64,000 nt of DNA, taken from positions 1 to 64,000 of IMG/VR virus record IMGVR_UViG_3300010883_026915. The stretch is one strand, 5' to 3'. A program made the position numbers and the translations under genes. How positions within the stretch are numbered: the first letter of the stretch is position 1; each line of letters starts with the position of its first letter. This DNA comes from a virus. Positions 29,316 through 39,819 of this stretch are shown here, in pieces. The notes beneath the pieces were generated by a model. It saw only the letters and a program-made list of their open reading frames with translations, was not told where the DNA came from and searched no databases.

Positions 29316-30059
29316 GTGGCAATTGTAGCAAAGAAAAAAACAAGAAAAAGAAGATCAAAGAGTAAGAAGAATGATTACTTTACGCAAGCTACTCATGATG
29401 CAATTAGAGAGTTTCAAAATACTGAAGCAAATTCAGGTAAACATAAAATATATGTTGAAAATATACTCCCGGCGTTTAACAAGCTAGCAGAAAATTTAAT
29501 TTTTATACATAGGTTTGCGAAGACTGCTGATTCATTTGATAGATTAAAAAATGACTGTGTTACATTTTTATATGAAACATTGCATAAATTTGACCCAGAT
29601 AGAGGTACAAAGGCATTTTCTTATTTTAATGTTGTTGCAAAAAACTGGCTAATTATTCAAAGCAAAAAACAAGCAAAGCAAGTTAGAAGAAATATAAGCC
29701 TCGAAGATATTCAAGAAAATCAGGGAAGTGAACTAGCACAACACGCAGCATTCAAAGTCGCTGCAGTTCAAGAAAGGAATATGATAAAAAGAGAGTCAAA
29801 AGCTGACTTGGAAAAAATGTTACATGAGATAAAAAACAGGCTAAGAACAGAAAAGGAAAATTCTTGTATTGATGCAATTATATCACTTTTTGAAAGAGTT
29901 GATGACCTTGAGCTACTTAATAAAAGAGCAGTGTTCATATACTTAAGGGATATATCAAACCTGTCACCAAAACAACTTTCTGTTACAATGTCAACAATTA
30001 GAAAACACTATAGAGATATTACAGGAAGGGATGATTTTTCACTTATTCTTGGAGATTAA
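29316..30059 (+). CDS. Phage late-transcription sigma factor (T4 gp55-like)
   Basis: Sigma region-2-like LHKFDPDRGTKAFSYFNVVAKNWL resembles the gp55 F.P....F.YF motif; basic N-terminus with KNDYF; sits in front of the structural module. Confidence 0.7.
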   Translation: MAIVAKKKTRKRRSKSKKNDYFTQATHDAIREFQNTEANSGKHKIYVENILPAFNKLAENLIFIHRFAKTADSFDRLKNDCVTFLYETLHKFDPDRGTKAFSYFNVVAKNWLIIQSKKQAKQVRRNISLEDIQENQGSELAQHAAFKVAAVQERNMIKRESKADLEKMLHEIKNRLRTEKENSCIDAIISLFERVDDLELLNKRAVFIYLRDISNLSPKQLSVTMSTIRKHYRDITGRDDFSLILGD

Positions 30060-30061
30060 AA

Positions 30062-30442
30062 ATGATTAAAAAAGATGGTAAGCGTTTTTCAGAAAAGATA
30101 ACTGAGCTAGAATTGAAAATAACAAGATTTTCTGAATTACTTGAGTCTTTGGAAAACACTGAAGATAAGAAGAAGCTTTTGTGGAAAGAGATTTATGAAA
30201 ATTCTCTAAGTGATAGAGAGAATGCAAGTATACTCCTTACAGACTTACTAATGCAAACTAGGGGAAATCTTGCAAACCATGGTACATACGGATCAATTTT
30301 ATCAAAATATCTTGAAAGGATGTCAAAAAGCAATGATCAGATACTAAGACTTGCAGAGATTATAGGCAAAGAAGAAGAAAAGTCAGTAGATATAAACGAT
30401 ATATACTCTAAAATTAGTGAGAGCCAAGATGGGCCAGTTTAA
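30062..30442 (+). CDS. Hypothetical helical phage protein
   Basis: 126-aa ORF tightly packed between the sigma and spike genes; GGAG RBS. Confidence 0.7.
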   Translation: MIKKDGKRFSEKITELELKITRFSELLESLENTEDKKKLLWKEIYENSLSDRENASILLTDLLMQTRGNLANHGTYGSILSKYLERMSKSNDQILRLAEIIGKEEEKSVDINDIYSKISESQDGPV

Positions 30443-31880
30443 AAGTTTTAATTCTCCTGAGTGCAAAAAACCTGAGGCTGGTAGACCAAATAAAGAAACG
30501 AAAAAAACCGTAGAAAAAACAGGTTCCGGAAGGCTTCTATATCAAGCTGTTGTTTTAGATTTCTTTTCAAATCCTGAATCTGATTTAGAAAAATCGTATA
30601 ATGGATCAACGGTAAGAGAAACACTAGGTCTCCTTGCAAATGGGTCAACAATGCCTCGTGGCTCAATTCTTGCAAAAATTGTATCTGATGATTTGGCATC
30701 TGACTCAAAGCCTGATGTTGCTGTTAAAGGTTCTATATTTCTCCCAATGTTTCCTCATCTTGCTATGCCAGTCAAGCCTGGCGAAAGAGTATGGGTGATA
30801 TATGAAACATTAAACAAGTCGACTGCAAAGGTGGGATACTGGTTGTCAAGAATCTCTTCTGATGTTCGAGTTGATGATATTAACTATACACACTATTCTA
30901 GGGAAGCTTTATATGGCGGCGGAATAGATGGAATAACAGATGCTCAGGCATATGGATTTGCCCCAGCTGGCACGACAGATGAGATTCCAGGTAGTGATTC
31001 TTATAATTTACTATGCAATAATTCATTCTCGTATAATGAGCAATTTGTAGGTGAACCGGTTCCCAGATTCTCTCAGAGGGTTGGAGACTTAGTTCTGCAA
31101 GGATCAAATAATACGCTTATATGTCTTGGACAAGATAGAAAAGATCTCTCTGGGCCAGAAAAAGACACCGATCACCTTGACAAATCAGGAACAATAGATA
31201 TGGTCACTGGTCGTGGTCAGCCAGCCACTTTGCCCGCCACCAGCACTGCACCTTCAAAAGAGGTAGATCTGTCTACAGTTCTAAAAAGTGAAATTAGAGA
31301 TTATTCAGAGATAGATAAATTTCCAAGTCATAGCAAAACTCCTTCAAATATAGCAGAGGGCAACCCTGATTACACAAATGATCTATCAAGAGTTTATGTC
31401 TCATCAAACACAGACGGCGATGTAAAGTTTGGCGGAACTGTTGCTGATCTAGTGCTTGGTGGTACAACTGGAGCAAACTCAAGTACAGGACCTTATGTTG
31501 TCGTAAAATCAACACACCCTAGAATCATAGCACGCAGCGACGGAAGTGTAAAGATTGTACACCAGGGCGGCTCTAGCATATCGATGGACAGCTCTGGAAA
31601 CGTTCAGATTGTGGCAGCTGGGAATATAAGCATGGGAACAGCAACCGCACTAAAAATGCAACCATTTGTAAGAGCAGATGATCTAGAGATTGAACTTGCA
31701 AAGATAGTTGCAGCAATCACTGCAGTTGCAGCAGCAGCAGGAACTGCAATCGCAGCAACCCCAGCCAACATCACCCCCGCCACCGCAACCACTGCGGGTG
31801 TAACTGTCAGCGCTTCTGCATCTGGTCTTTCAGCCTACCTTGCAGCAAACTTTAAGTCAAGTATCATAAAAGGTGAGTAG
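30429..31880 (+). CDS. Baseplate central spike/hub protein (gp5/gpV-like)
   Basis: OB-fold-like PMFPHLAMPVKPGERVWV...GYW, GDLVLQG, beta-repeat-like GSVKIVHQGGSSISMDSSGNVQI, QPFVRAD; just upstream of the gp25-like gene. ORF track start is 30417. Confidence 0.6.
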   Translation: MGQFKSFNSPECKKPEAGRPNKETKKTVEKTGSGRLLYQAVVLDFFSNPESDLEKSYNGSTVRETLGLLANGSTMPRGSILAKIVSDDLASDSKPDVAVKGSIFLPMFPHLAMPVKPGERVWVIYETLNKSTAKVGYWLSRISSDVRVDDINYTHYSREALYGGGIDGITDAQAYGFAPAGTTDEIPGSDSYNLLCNNSFSYNEQFVGEPVPRFSQRVGDLVLQGSNNTLICLGQDRKDLSGPEKDTDHLDKSGTIDMVTGRGQPATLPATSTAPSKEVDLSTVLKSEIRDYSEIDKFPSHSKTPSNIAEGNPDYTNDLSRVYVSSNTDGDVKFGGTVADLVLGGTTGANSSTGPYVVVKSTHPRIIARSDGSVKIVHQGGSSISMDSSGNVQIVAAGNISMGTATALKMQPFVRADDLEIELAKIVAAITAVAAAAGTAIAATPANITPATATTAGVTVSASASGLSAYLAANFKSSIIKGE

Positions 31881-31966
31881 GTATCATTTTTTACAACAGC
31901 ACTATATACGACATGACAATGCTTGTTACAATAATTTTATAATACCCATAAAGGAAAGATTTAAAA

Positions 31967-32149
31967 ATGGAAAAAGATGAAGTAATGAAGCTTGCTAAGC
32001 TTAGAAGCTATTTAATAACCTATTATAACAAACTCGAAAACCCAGGAAACCAAACTTCTTTGACTTCGACAAAGGATGTTGCATACCTATGTGAGACTGT
32101 AATTAAGAGCATGGATGACATTCTTAAGGAATTTGTTAATTTTGAATAA
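31967..32149 (+). CDS. Small hypothetical protein
   Basis: 60-aa ORF with AAGGA RBS filling the intergenic gap. Confidence 0.6.
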   Translation: MEKDEVMKLAKLRSYLITYYNKLENPGNQTSLTSTKDVAYLCETVIKSMDDILKEFVNFE

Positions 32150-32192
32150 ATAAAAATCTAGCATATGTATAGTCTCAGTTTCACAATGCTGT

Positions 32193-32199
32193 ATAATTA
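32193..32199 (+). promoter_or_regulatory. Candidate phage late-promoter element ATAWTTA
   Basis: ATAATTA ends 16 nt before the gp25-like start; the same motif at similar spacing occurs at 8398, 50272 and 51019. Confidence 0.35.
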
Positions 32200-32215
32200 A
32201 TACTGGAGGCTTTAC

Positions 32216-32704
32216 ATGCCATCACCACCAGACGATGAAGAATTTAGATCTTCTGGTCTTTATTTTACAAGCGGATCATTATTAAGCGAGGTTGAAGCCC
32301 TCGCTGTTGGTGTTAGATTACCAATTGAAGTAGGAACAGAACGATCTGATTTATTTCAAATGAATTATGATGCTGCTTCTCAAGTTGGCGATAACTTTAA
32401 AAATCTTGTAAATACTGATCATAATGAAAGGCTTGGGAGTCCAAGCTACGGTGCAAATCTTGGTCCGCTAATATCAGAGTATCAGGAGTTAGGTGATGAT
32501 TTTGAGTCAGCAGCGATGGATAGAATACAAGCAGCAGTTACAAAATGGATGCCAACAGTCCAGCTTAACACTTTTACTTCGAAATTTGTCGAAGATAGAG
32601 ATCCTGGAATGCTCAGGCTTGATATATCAATAGGCTACAGTGTCACATCGCCCACAGTAAGCTTTTCAGGAAGGAAATTAAATGTATCGTTTATGCTTCT
32701 ATAA
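32216..32704 (+). CDS. Baseplate wedge subunit, gp25/GPW-like
   Basis: NFKNLVNTDHNERLGSPSYGANL, I..AV.KWMP.V; GGAGG RBS. Confidence 0.85.
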   Translation: MPSPPDDEEFRSSGLYFTSGSLLSEVEALAVGVRLPIEVGTERSDLFQMNYDAASQVGDNFKNLVNTDHNERLGSPSYGANLGPLISEYQELGDDFESAAMDRIQAAVTKWMPTVQLNTFTSKFVEDRDPGMLRLDISIGYSVTSPTVSFSGRKLNVSFMLL

Positions 32705-32723
32705 TTTATACGTGAGAGTTTAA

Positions 32724-34577
32724 ATGTCAAATAATAAAAAAAACACAGTTCAATCAATTAGAGAATCACAGAGAACATATTTAAATAGAGATTTTGATTC
32801 ATTCAGATCTTCACTTTCTTCATATGGAAAAGCTTTTTTTAGTGAAAAAAATGCTGACTTTGGCCCAAATGGATTTGCTGGAATGATGATTGAGCTAGCA
32901 GCATATGTTGGTGACACACTTTCTTATTATATGGATCATCAATTCCAAGAATTAGATCTTTCAGAAGCTGTCGAGCCTTCTAATGTTGAGAGGCTTATAC
33001 GGAATACAGGTATGAAAATAACTGGCGCCTCTCCTGCAACAGTTCTCGTCGATTTTTATATTGAAGTTCCAGCAATACTTGAAAGGAGAAAATATGTTCC
33101 TAAATCAACCCTTTTACCTGTAATAAAGGAAGGAACTACAGTTTCATCTGGTGGCGGAATTATCTTTACACTATACGAAACACTTGATTTTAGTAGAAAA
33201 AGCTCAATGGGAAATATTATTGCAACTTATGTTACTATGAAATCAGATTCATCTGGAAATCCAACGTCATTTTCTGTAAAAATGTCAGGAATGTGTATAT
33301 CATCAACAACTCAAAAAGAACAGTTTGTCATACCCAATAGGTTTGAACCTTTTAGAAAGATAATGTTATCAAATGCAAATGTAACTGAAATAATTGATAT
33401 AATAGATTCAGAGGGCAATGAATATTATGAAGTTGAAAGCTTAACGCAGGATACAGTTTTTAAAAGGGTTGACAATCTTGCATATGATTCTGAATCTGTT
33501 GCAGAAAACATAGAGCTTCTTCCAGCTCCAAGAAGATTTATTACGTCAACATCAATAAAATCAAAAAAGACACAAATTCAGTTTGGCGGCGGAAATGCAA
33601 AATCTACTGATAACGATTTAATGCCAGACCCTTCTGAGCTATCAATTCCATTTTACGGAAAGAGAACATCTGTTTCAAATTTTGCTATTGATCCAAACAG
33701 GCTTTTAAATACAATTACACTTGGAATCTCACCACAAGGCACAACAATTTCAGTAAGGTATAGAGCAGGAGGCGGCATTAAGCATAATGTTTCTGCTGGG
33801 TCAATTAGAAATGTAAACAATCTTAAGGTAAAGTTTGGATCAAATATATCAGCTCCTAGTGTTTCATCAATACGATCATCACTAGAAGTTGATAATCAAA
33901 AAGCTGCAGCTGGCGGAGAAAATGCACCAACATTGAATGAAATGAGATCAATAGCACTGTCATATAGAAACTCACAATCGAGAATAGTTACAAAGGATGA
34001 TCTTGTAGCAAGAATATATACTATGCCAAATAAGTTTGGAAGGGTCTTTAGAGTTGGAATTAGGGCAAATAATAATAATCCGCTTGCAAGTGTTATTTCA
34101 ATATTAAGTCGTGACTCTGATGGGAAGTTAACAATATCATCAGACTCGCTTAAGCAAAATTTAGCAACATATATAAATGAATCAAGATTAATATCAGATG
34201 CAATAGATATAGTTGATGGTGCCGTCATAAATATTGCAGTAGCATATGGTGTTACAGTTTCTGGAAATTGTAACCCAGAGACAGTTATTCAAAAAATAAA
34301 TACATCAATATACTCATACATGAATATTGAAAATTTTCAAATAGAGCAGCCAATTATAACATCTGATATAGTAAATATAATATTAAATACTCAAGATGTA
34401 GTCTCTATAGTAAATTTGAAATTTACGAATAGATATGGTGTTATTGGTGATAATGTATATAGCGGCATATCATATCCGATCGATCAAAACACTAGTAGAG
34501 GAATGATAATATCACCACCGGGCTCTATATTTGAGTTAAAATATCCAAATGAAGATATAGTTGGAACAATAAGGTAA
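32724..34577 (+). CDS. Baseplate wedge protein, T4 gp6/baseplate-J-like
   Basis: YLNRDFDS, MMIELAAYVGDTLSYYMD.Q..E, IQFGGG, YRAGGG..HN, AAGGE, SQSRIVTKDD. Confidence 0.88.
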   Translation: MSNNKKNTVQSIRESQRTYLNRDFDSFRSSLSSYGKAFFSEKNADFGPNGFAGMMIELAAYVGDTLSYYMDHQFQELDLSEAVEPSNVERLIRNTGMKITGASPATVLVDFYIEVPAILERRKYVPKSTLLPVIKEGTTVSSGGGIIFTLYETLDFSRKSSMGNIIATYVTMKSDSSGNPTSFSVKMSGMCISSTTQKEQFVIPNRFEPFRKIMLSNANVTEIIDIIDSEGNEYYEVESLTQDTVFKRVDNLAYDSESVAENIELLPAPRRFITSTSIKSKKTQIQFGGGNAKSTDNDLMPDPSELSIPFYGKRTSVSNFAIDPNRLLNTITLGISPQGTTISVRYRAGGGIKHNVSAGSIRNVNNLKVKFGSNISAPSVSSIRSSLEVDNQKAAAGGENAPTLNEMRSIALSYRNSQSRIVTKDDLVARIYTMPNKFGRVFRVGIRANNNNPLASVISILSRDSDGKLTISSDSLKQNLATYINESRLISDAIDIVDGAVINIAVAYGVTVSGNCNPETVIQKINTSIYSYMNIENFQIEQPIITSDIVNIILNTQDVVSIVNLKFTNRYGVIGDNVYSGISYPIDQNTSRGMIISPPGSIFELKYPNEDIVGTIR

Positions 34578-34580
34578 AAC

Positions 34581-36125
34581 ATGTATAGAATACTGACAGC
34601 TAGCAAAGATACATACGTTACTAATAAGATTATTAATAATAGTTTTAGAGCAACAGATGCAAATGTAGGAATGGCATCTACTCTTGATTTATATAAATTA
34701 TATGGAGAGTCTACGTCTGGATCTGTTGAAAATCCAATCGAAATAAGTAGAATATTATTAAAGTTTAATTTAAATCCATTACGTGCACTTACTGGATCAA
34801 TACTTGACTTAGATTCAAGTACTTTTAAAGCAACATTAAATCTATATGATGTATACGGAGGTCAAACAACACCTAGTAATTTTAAATTAATAGTATTTCC
34901 ACTTTCAAAATCTTTTGATGAGGGTATAGGTAGAAATATAGTAGATTTTTCTGACTTAGATTCTTCTAACTTTATAACAGCATCTGTATCAAATAGTTCT
35001 GCTGATGCCTGGCATCTAAGCGGCGCAAACAAGCAAGGTTTTCTAGGATCAAGTAATATTGATATTATATCAAGCGGAACGCTGAGTGGAAGTAGTGAAA
35101 CAGAGAATATTAATATCTGGAAATCGCAAACTTTTAGTACAGGAGATGAGAATCTATCTATAGACGTAACTACAATAGTATCTGGAACACTAGTAGGTTT
35201 AATACCCGATTGTGGCTTTAGGATTTCATTTAGCGGAAGCCAGGAAACAGATAAGAAAACAAGATTTGTAAAAAGATTTGCATCTAGACATACTACAAAC
35301 TATATCAAAAGGCCTTCAATTGTTATTCATTACGATGATTCTGTACAAGATCATCACGAAGTTTTTTACTTTGACATGACGGGAAGCGTATTTTTAAATA
35401 ATAGTGCAAGAGGCACAAGAAGAAATTTCAGATCAGGATCAGCTGCAACTGAAATAACAGGTTCAGACTGCCTATATCTTGAGCTTGTATCAGGATCTAA
35501 TCTAAGCGGAACATTATTCCAGAAAACAATAACTGGATCTCAGCATAAAATTGGAAAAAACTTTATAACAGGTGTATATTCTGCATCATTTGCAATAAGT
35601 GAGTTCGAAAGTGGCACTTTATATCACCATGTTAAAAGTGCAGGATCAGCAAGCTTTACTGCTGTATGGTCATCAATGGATAAAACTGTTCCATTTCTAA
35701 CATCTTCACTAGTTATTTTTAGAACTGATAGATCTGCATTTGATAATGATCAAAAAAGACTTATTGTTACAGTAACAAATGTTCAACCTACATATGGCTT
35801 AAATGATAAAGTTAGATTTAGAGTATTTGCTGAAAATATAGATAGAGATGTTGTATATAAGAAGGTTCCAATGGAAACAAAGAGCCAGATATTTACAAAA
35901 ATGTACTATAGAATTAGGGATGCAATATCTTCAGATATAATAATACCATTTGAAAAATCAAACAATGCAACTCTTTGTTCTACTGATAGTGATGGAATGT
36001 ATTTTGATATATATATGGATTCACTTAATGAGGGTAGACTTTATACTATAGACTTTTTAATAAAAGACATGGGTGAGGATCTTCTCTTTACAGATGTTGC
36101 AGCAAAATTTCGACTAGAGAAATAG
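34581..36125 (+). CDS. Virion structural protein (DNRLRE-like N-terminus)
   Basis: ASKDTY...SRILLKF, DVTTIV, KRFASR...P.IVIHYDD; beta-rich; directly follows gp6. Confidence 0.6.
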   Translation: MYRILTASKDTYVTNKIINNSFRATDANVGMASTLDLYKLYGESTSGSVENPIEISRILLKFNLNPLRALTGSILDLDSSTFKATLNLYDVYGGQTTPSNFKLIVFPLSKSFDEGIGRNIVDFSDLDSSNFITASVSNSSADAWHLSGANKQGFLGSSNIDIISSGTLSGSSETENINIWKSQTFSTGDENLSIDVTTIVSGTLVGLIPDCGFRISFSGSQETDKKTRFVKRFASRHTTNYIKRPSIVIHYDDSVQDHHEVFYFDMTGSVFLNNSARGTRRNFRSGSAATEITGSDCLYLELVSGSNLSGTLFQKTITGSQHKIGKNFITGVYSASFAISEFESGTLYHHVKSAGSASFTAVWSSMDKTVPFLTSSLVIFRTDRSAFDNDQKRLIVTVTNVQPTYGLNDKVRFRVFAENIDRDVVYKKVPMETKSQIFTKMYYRIRDAISSDIIIPFEKSNNATLCSTDSDGMYFDIYMDSLNEGRLYTIDFLIKDMGEDLLFTDVAAKFRLEK

Positions 36126-36126
36126 T

Positions 36127-39100
36127 ATGAAAAAACGAATAGTTTCAAAATCAAAAAGACCTTCTCTATTTAAAAATGAAAAATCAATAAATAAACTGAC
36201 TTCAAAAAAAGAAATAAGTCTTTCTAGTATGATGGATACAAATATACAGTCAGATGAATCATTTAGATATGATTCTTATTCAGAAGCTATAAAAAACACA
36301 CAACAGCTTAACATTGACTATACAAAATTCAAAAATCATACATTTTTCAATTCTGCGCAAGCAAAGACAAATATTGCAATATCTAAAATAATTAATGAGT
36401 ATCCGTTTGATCAAAATAAAAAATCAATAGAGTCATTTTTTGATTCACTTACTGGATTTGAAAATTATGTTTTTAACATATTTCCAAAATATACTGGCTA
36501 TTTACATTTTTCAGGAACAGTCTCTGGTGAACCAGCTAGTAATGGAACAATATTAGAAATATTTGATTCAAGCGGCTATAAGTTCCCACAATTCTCTACA
36601 AAAAATGATGGAAATGCAGAGATAGATTTCGAATATAATCCGATCACAGTAGAGTTTCAAACATATATACCGGATCAGGTAAATGAAAATCAAATAATTA
36701 TTCAAAAACAAAAAGAAGCAGGCTTCGGAGTAAATATTGCACTAAGCAGAAGCCTTGATACTTCAAGATGTAATATTATATGGTCTGTTGTTTCTGGTGG
36801 CATACACACATCTGTATCAAGTAGTATAGAAAAGGGAAAATGGGTTAATGTAGGTTGTATATATGATAGGGGAAATGAAAACAATCTGCACTTATTTTTT
36901 GACGGTGAGCTTCAAGGAACTTCTTCAAATAAAGCAGAGTTTAGTATACTTTCTTTTGACAAGTCTCCGCTTTATATTGGGACCGGATCTATATTCAATA
37001 TTGATTCAAGATTTCAAAAAGGAGGAGAATCTACATTTTCACCTCAGGTATCTCTTTCTGGAAATTTAGATGAAGTTAGAGTGTTCCATGATGTTAGAAC
37101 TGCAGATGAGCTAAAAGAGTTTAGACAAAAGAGTATCTTTCCTGAGCCAAACCTAGTATGCTATTTAAAGTTTAATGAACCATCGGGAAGCTATAAGGGA
37201 AATAAAATTATATTAGACTCTTCTGGAAACTCAAATCATGCTTTAATTCAAAACTTTACTAGTGAGCTAAGATTTACAGGATCACTTAGCTCGCCCTTGC
37301 TATTTGAAAAGAAAAACCTAACCCCGATTTTATTTCCTGATCACTACCTTGTTAAAGATCTAAATACAAAAATGCTTATATCAGCATCTAGGTATGACGA
37401 GATAAATCCAAATCTTATAACAAGATTAATACCAAAGCACTTTTTCGTCGAAGGTCAGGCAAATGAGGGATTTTCAACACAGGCTGGAGAAATTGTAAAA
37501 GCCATAACAGGAAATTCAATGCCAGGATCAGCAAAGCTTGGAAGTGCGCAGCTTATGACATCATTTCTACTAGTTTATGCAAAATTCTTTGATGAATTGA
37601 AGATAGTAATTGATAGCATTAGTAATTTTCTTAATGTAAACTATGAAAACGAAGAGACTATACCAGATCAGCTATTGCCAGCACTTGGGAGGTATTACGG
37701 AATAGATTTGCCTAGCTTGTTTACAAATGCTGATATATATCAATTTATTGATGGAGAAAGACTGGGAGAGAGCTGGGGTGCTAGTCCAAGATCACTTAGG
37801 GAATTACAAAACGCACTCTGGAAAAGATTTTTGATAAATATTCCCTATATAACTAGATCAAAGGGAACAATAAGAAGTATAAAGTCTACATTATCATCAT
37901 TTGGAATAGATCCAGATGATATTGTTAATATAAGAGAGTTTGGAGGACCTACTAAGAAGACACTAGATAATAAACGTATAAGAAAAATCAAGGCAATATC
38001 CTTTCTAGACTTTACTGGATCTTTTGGTCATGAGAATGATACAGTTAACTATCAAGGCTACTCAAGCACATCTCCGATTTTTATTAGCAAATATCTTAGC
38101 TCTTCAAGAGTTGAACCAGGATATCCTGAAATAAAGGGCAACTTTATAAATAAATCTAGTACAAATAGAAATGGTATATCAAATAATAAAAGTGATGGAC
38201 AGCACACATCAGGATCTTTTACATATGAAGCATATTATAGATTTCTAGAGAAGCCCAGGCTGGGTGGAAAAACACATTATGCAACACAGAGCCTAGCTAG
38301 ACTTCATGTTACAGGATCACATGATGGAGTAGGTGGGGGAGCACATATTCTTAACATTCTGGCAACATCTGCTTCTATCCCTACAGAAAACAATAGATTA
38401 ACTCTATTTGTTAGAGATGCCATCGACATCGCCACCCCTGGCCTAAAGATACAGATAAATGATAAAAATTTAGACCTGTTTAATGGTGAGCCCTGGTACA
38501 TATCATTTGGAAAAGTCAGGTCAGATGACATCATAACTTCAGTATCAGAGAGTCTTGTTGGGTCAAAAGTTAGATCTCCGTTTTCAACGCCTAAGATTTC
38601 AACTAACATGACATCATCATGGTTTATTAGGGCAGCAAGGTCTGCAAACGGGCGAGTTACAGAGTCTTACGTAAGTAAATCATTCTTTGCTTACGATGAC
38701 CACAACCTGCTCGAAAATATCGCGCCCAGCGGTGAGACAGGCTATAATCCTAGTGGAACTTTTATAGCGATAGGCTCACAAAGCATGCCTCTTCCGACAA
38801 CAATTTCACAAGAGAGATTTTTAATTAGTGATCGATCTTCTATTGAAGGATTGCCAAATTGGTCAAGTGGTGATCGAGACCTGGCAATGTCAACAAAATT
38901 CTCGGGCCAGGTTGGAAAGATAAGATTCTGGTCTTCTGCACTTGATGAAAAATCATTTAAAGATCATGTTAGAAATCCTGATTCTATAGGTTCACTAGAC
39001 CCTGTAAAGAGTTATGATTTTATAACTCAGGAAACAGGTTCTTTCCAGCGACTTAGAGTTGATCATCAGATGTCACAAGAAGTTCTCACATCTTCTGCAA

Positions 39101-39804
39101 CAGGTGAGCTTATGATAACAAACTTTACACAGACTACAGCAGCTACAGCACGCGGATTTGAGAAAAATAAACAAATTATAAAAAATGAAAATATATTCTA
39201 CTCTATGCTTTCTCCAAAGTTTGATCTCTCACAAACAGATGAGAAAGTTAGAGTTAGAGGTTTCTCAGATTCTAAAAATATAGATAGTGAAGATTATGCA
39301 TATGCATCACCAGTATATGAAGTGCTGAGAAGTGAAAGCCCAGATGATGATACAAGATTTGCTATAGAGTTTTCAGCAATAAAAGCAGTTGAAGATGATA
39401 TAATGTCTTTGTTTTCGTCTCTTGAGTTTTTTGATAATGCACTTGGAAATCCAAATTTATTATTTGATGAATTTTATCCTGATTTAGAGCAAATGAGAAA
39501 GATTTACTTTAGAAGACTATTAGCAAAACCTGAATTTGATTCATACTATAGGATGTTTAAATGGTTCACTAGTTCTCTAGGCAATATACTAGAGCAGCTT
39601 GTCCCAAAGAAGACAAAGTTTCTTGGAATAGATTTTATATATGAGTCACATCCGTTGGAAAGAAATAGATTTAGATACCTATATGATGAGATTTATCTAG
39701 GGCAAGCCGAAAGATCATTTGATAAACCCCCAGATAAGCCTACAGAATATCCTGATAATCCTGCTGCTGGGCAACTCAAGTCTGGCCAAATTAAGAAGTT
39801 TTAA
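36127..39804 (+). CDS. Large baseplate/tail protein with LamG-like domain(s) and a P2 gpI/gp7-like wedge motif
   Basis: LamG-like KWVNVGCIYD...LFFDGEL...SGNLDEVRVF; KGTIRSIKSTLSSFGI...IREFGG; C-terminal ESHPLERNRF. Confidence 0.7.
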   Translation: MKKRIVSKSKRPSLFKNEKSINKLTSKKEISLSSMMDTNIQSDESFRYDSYSEAIKNTQQLNIDYTKFKNHTFFNSAQAKTNIAISKIINEYPFDQNKKSIESFFDSLTGFENYVFNIFPKYTGYLHFSGTVSGEPASNGTILEIFDSSGYKFPQFSTKNDGNAEIDFEYNPITVEFQTYIPDQVNENQIIIQKQKEAGFGVNIALSRSLDTSRCNIIWSVVSGGIHTSVSSSIEKGKWVNVGCIYDRGNENNLHLFFDGELQGTSSNKAEFSILSFDKSPLYIGTGSIFNIDSRFQKGGESTFSPQVSLSGNLDEVRVFHDVRTADELKEFRQKSIFPEPNLVCYLKFNEPSGSYKGNKIILDSSGNSNHALIQNFTSELRFTGSLSSPLLFEKKNLTPILFPDHYLVKDLNTKMLISASRYDEINPNLITRLIPKHFFVEGQANEGFSTQAGEIVKAITGNSMPGSAKLGSAQLMTSFLLVYAKFFDELKIVIDSISNFLNVNYENEETIPDQLLPALGRYYGIDLPSLFTNADIYQFIDGERLGESWGASPRSLRELQNALWKRFLINIPYITRSKGTIRSIKSTLSSFGIDPDDIVNIREFGGPTKKTLDNKRIRKIKAISFLDFTGSFGHENDTVNYQGYSSTSPIFISKYLSSSRVEPGYPEIKGNFINKSSTNRNGISNNKSDGQHTSGSFTYEAYYRFLEKPRLGGKTHYATQSLARLHVTGSHDGVGGGAHILNILATSASIPTENNRLTLFVRDAIDIATPGLKIQINDKNLDLFNGEPWYISFGKVRSDDIITSVSESLVGSKVRSPFSTPKISTNMTSSWFIRAARSANGRVTESYVSKSFFAYDDHNLLENIAPSGETGYNPSGTFIAIGSQSMPLPTTISQERFLISDRSSIEGLPNWSSGDRDLAMSTKFSGQVGKIRFWSSALDEKSFKDHVRNPDSIGSLDPVKSYDFITQETGSFQRLRVDHQMSQEVLTSSATGELMITNFTQTTAATARGFEKNKQIIKNENIFYSMLSPKFDLSQTDEKVRVRGFSDSKNIDSEDYAYASPVYEVLRSESPDDDTRFAIEFSAIKAVEDDIMSLFSSLEFFDNALGNPNLLFDEFYPDLEQMRKIYFRRLLAKPEFDSYYRMFKWFTSSLGNILEQLVPKKTKFLGIDFIYESHPLERNRFRYLYDEIYLGQAERSFDKPPDKPTEYPDNPAAGQLKSGQIKKF

Positions 39805-39819
39805 AAATAAGAGTAAAAT

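Noticed and set aside
31881-32215. tRNA or structured ncRNA in the larger intergenic gaps (also 47707..47816)
   Set aside because: The gaps are short and AT-rich with no cloverleaf or stable stem, and a small ORF with an RBS explains most of the first one.
29316-36125. Eukaryotic giant virus (NCLDV) or bacterial T6SS/eCIS origin
   Set aside because: Shine-Dalgarno motifs, operon-like overlaps, a gp55-like sigma and a T4 gp6-sized wedge point to a phage; no NCLDV core genes or T6SS membrane/ATPase genes are in the window.
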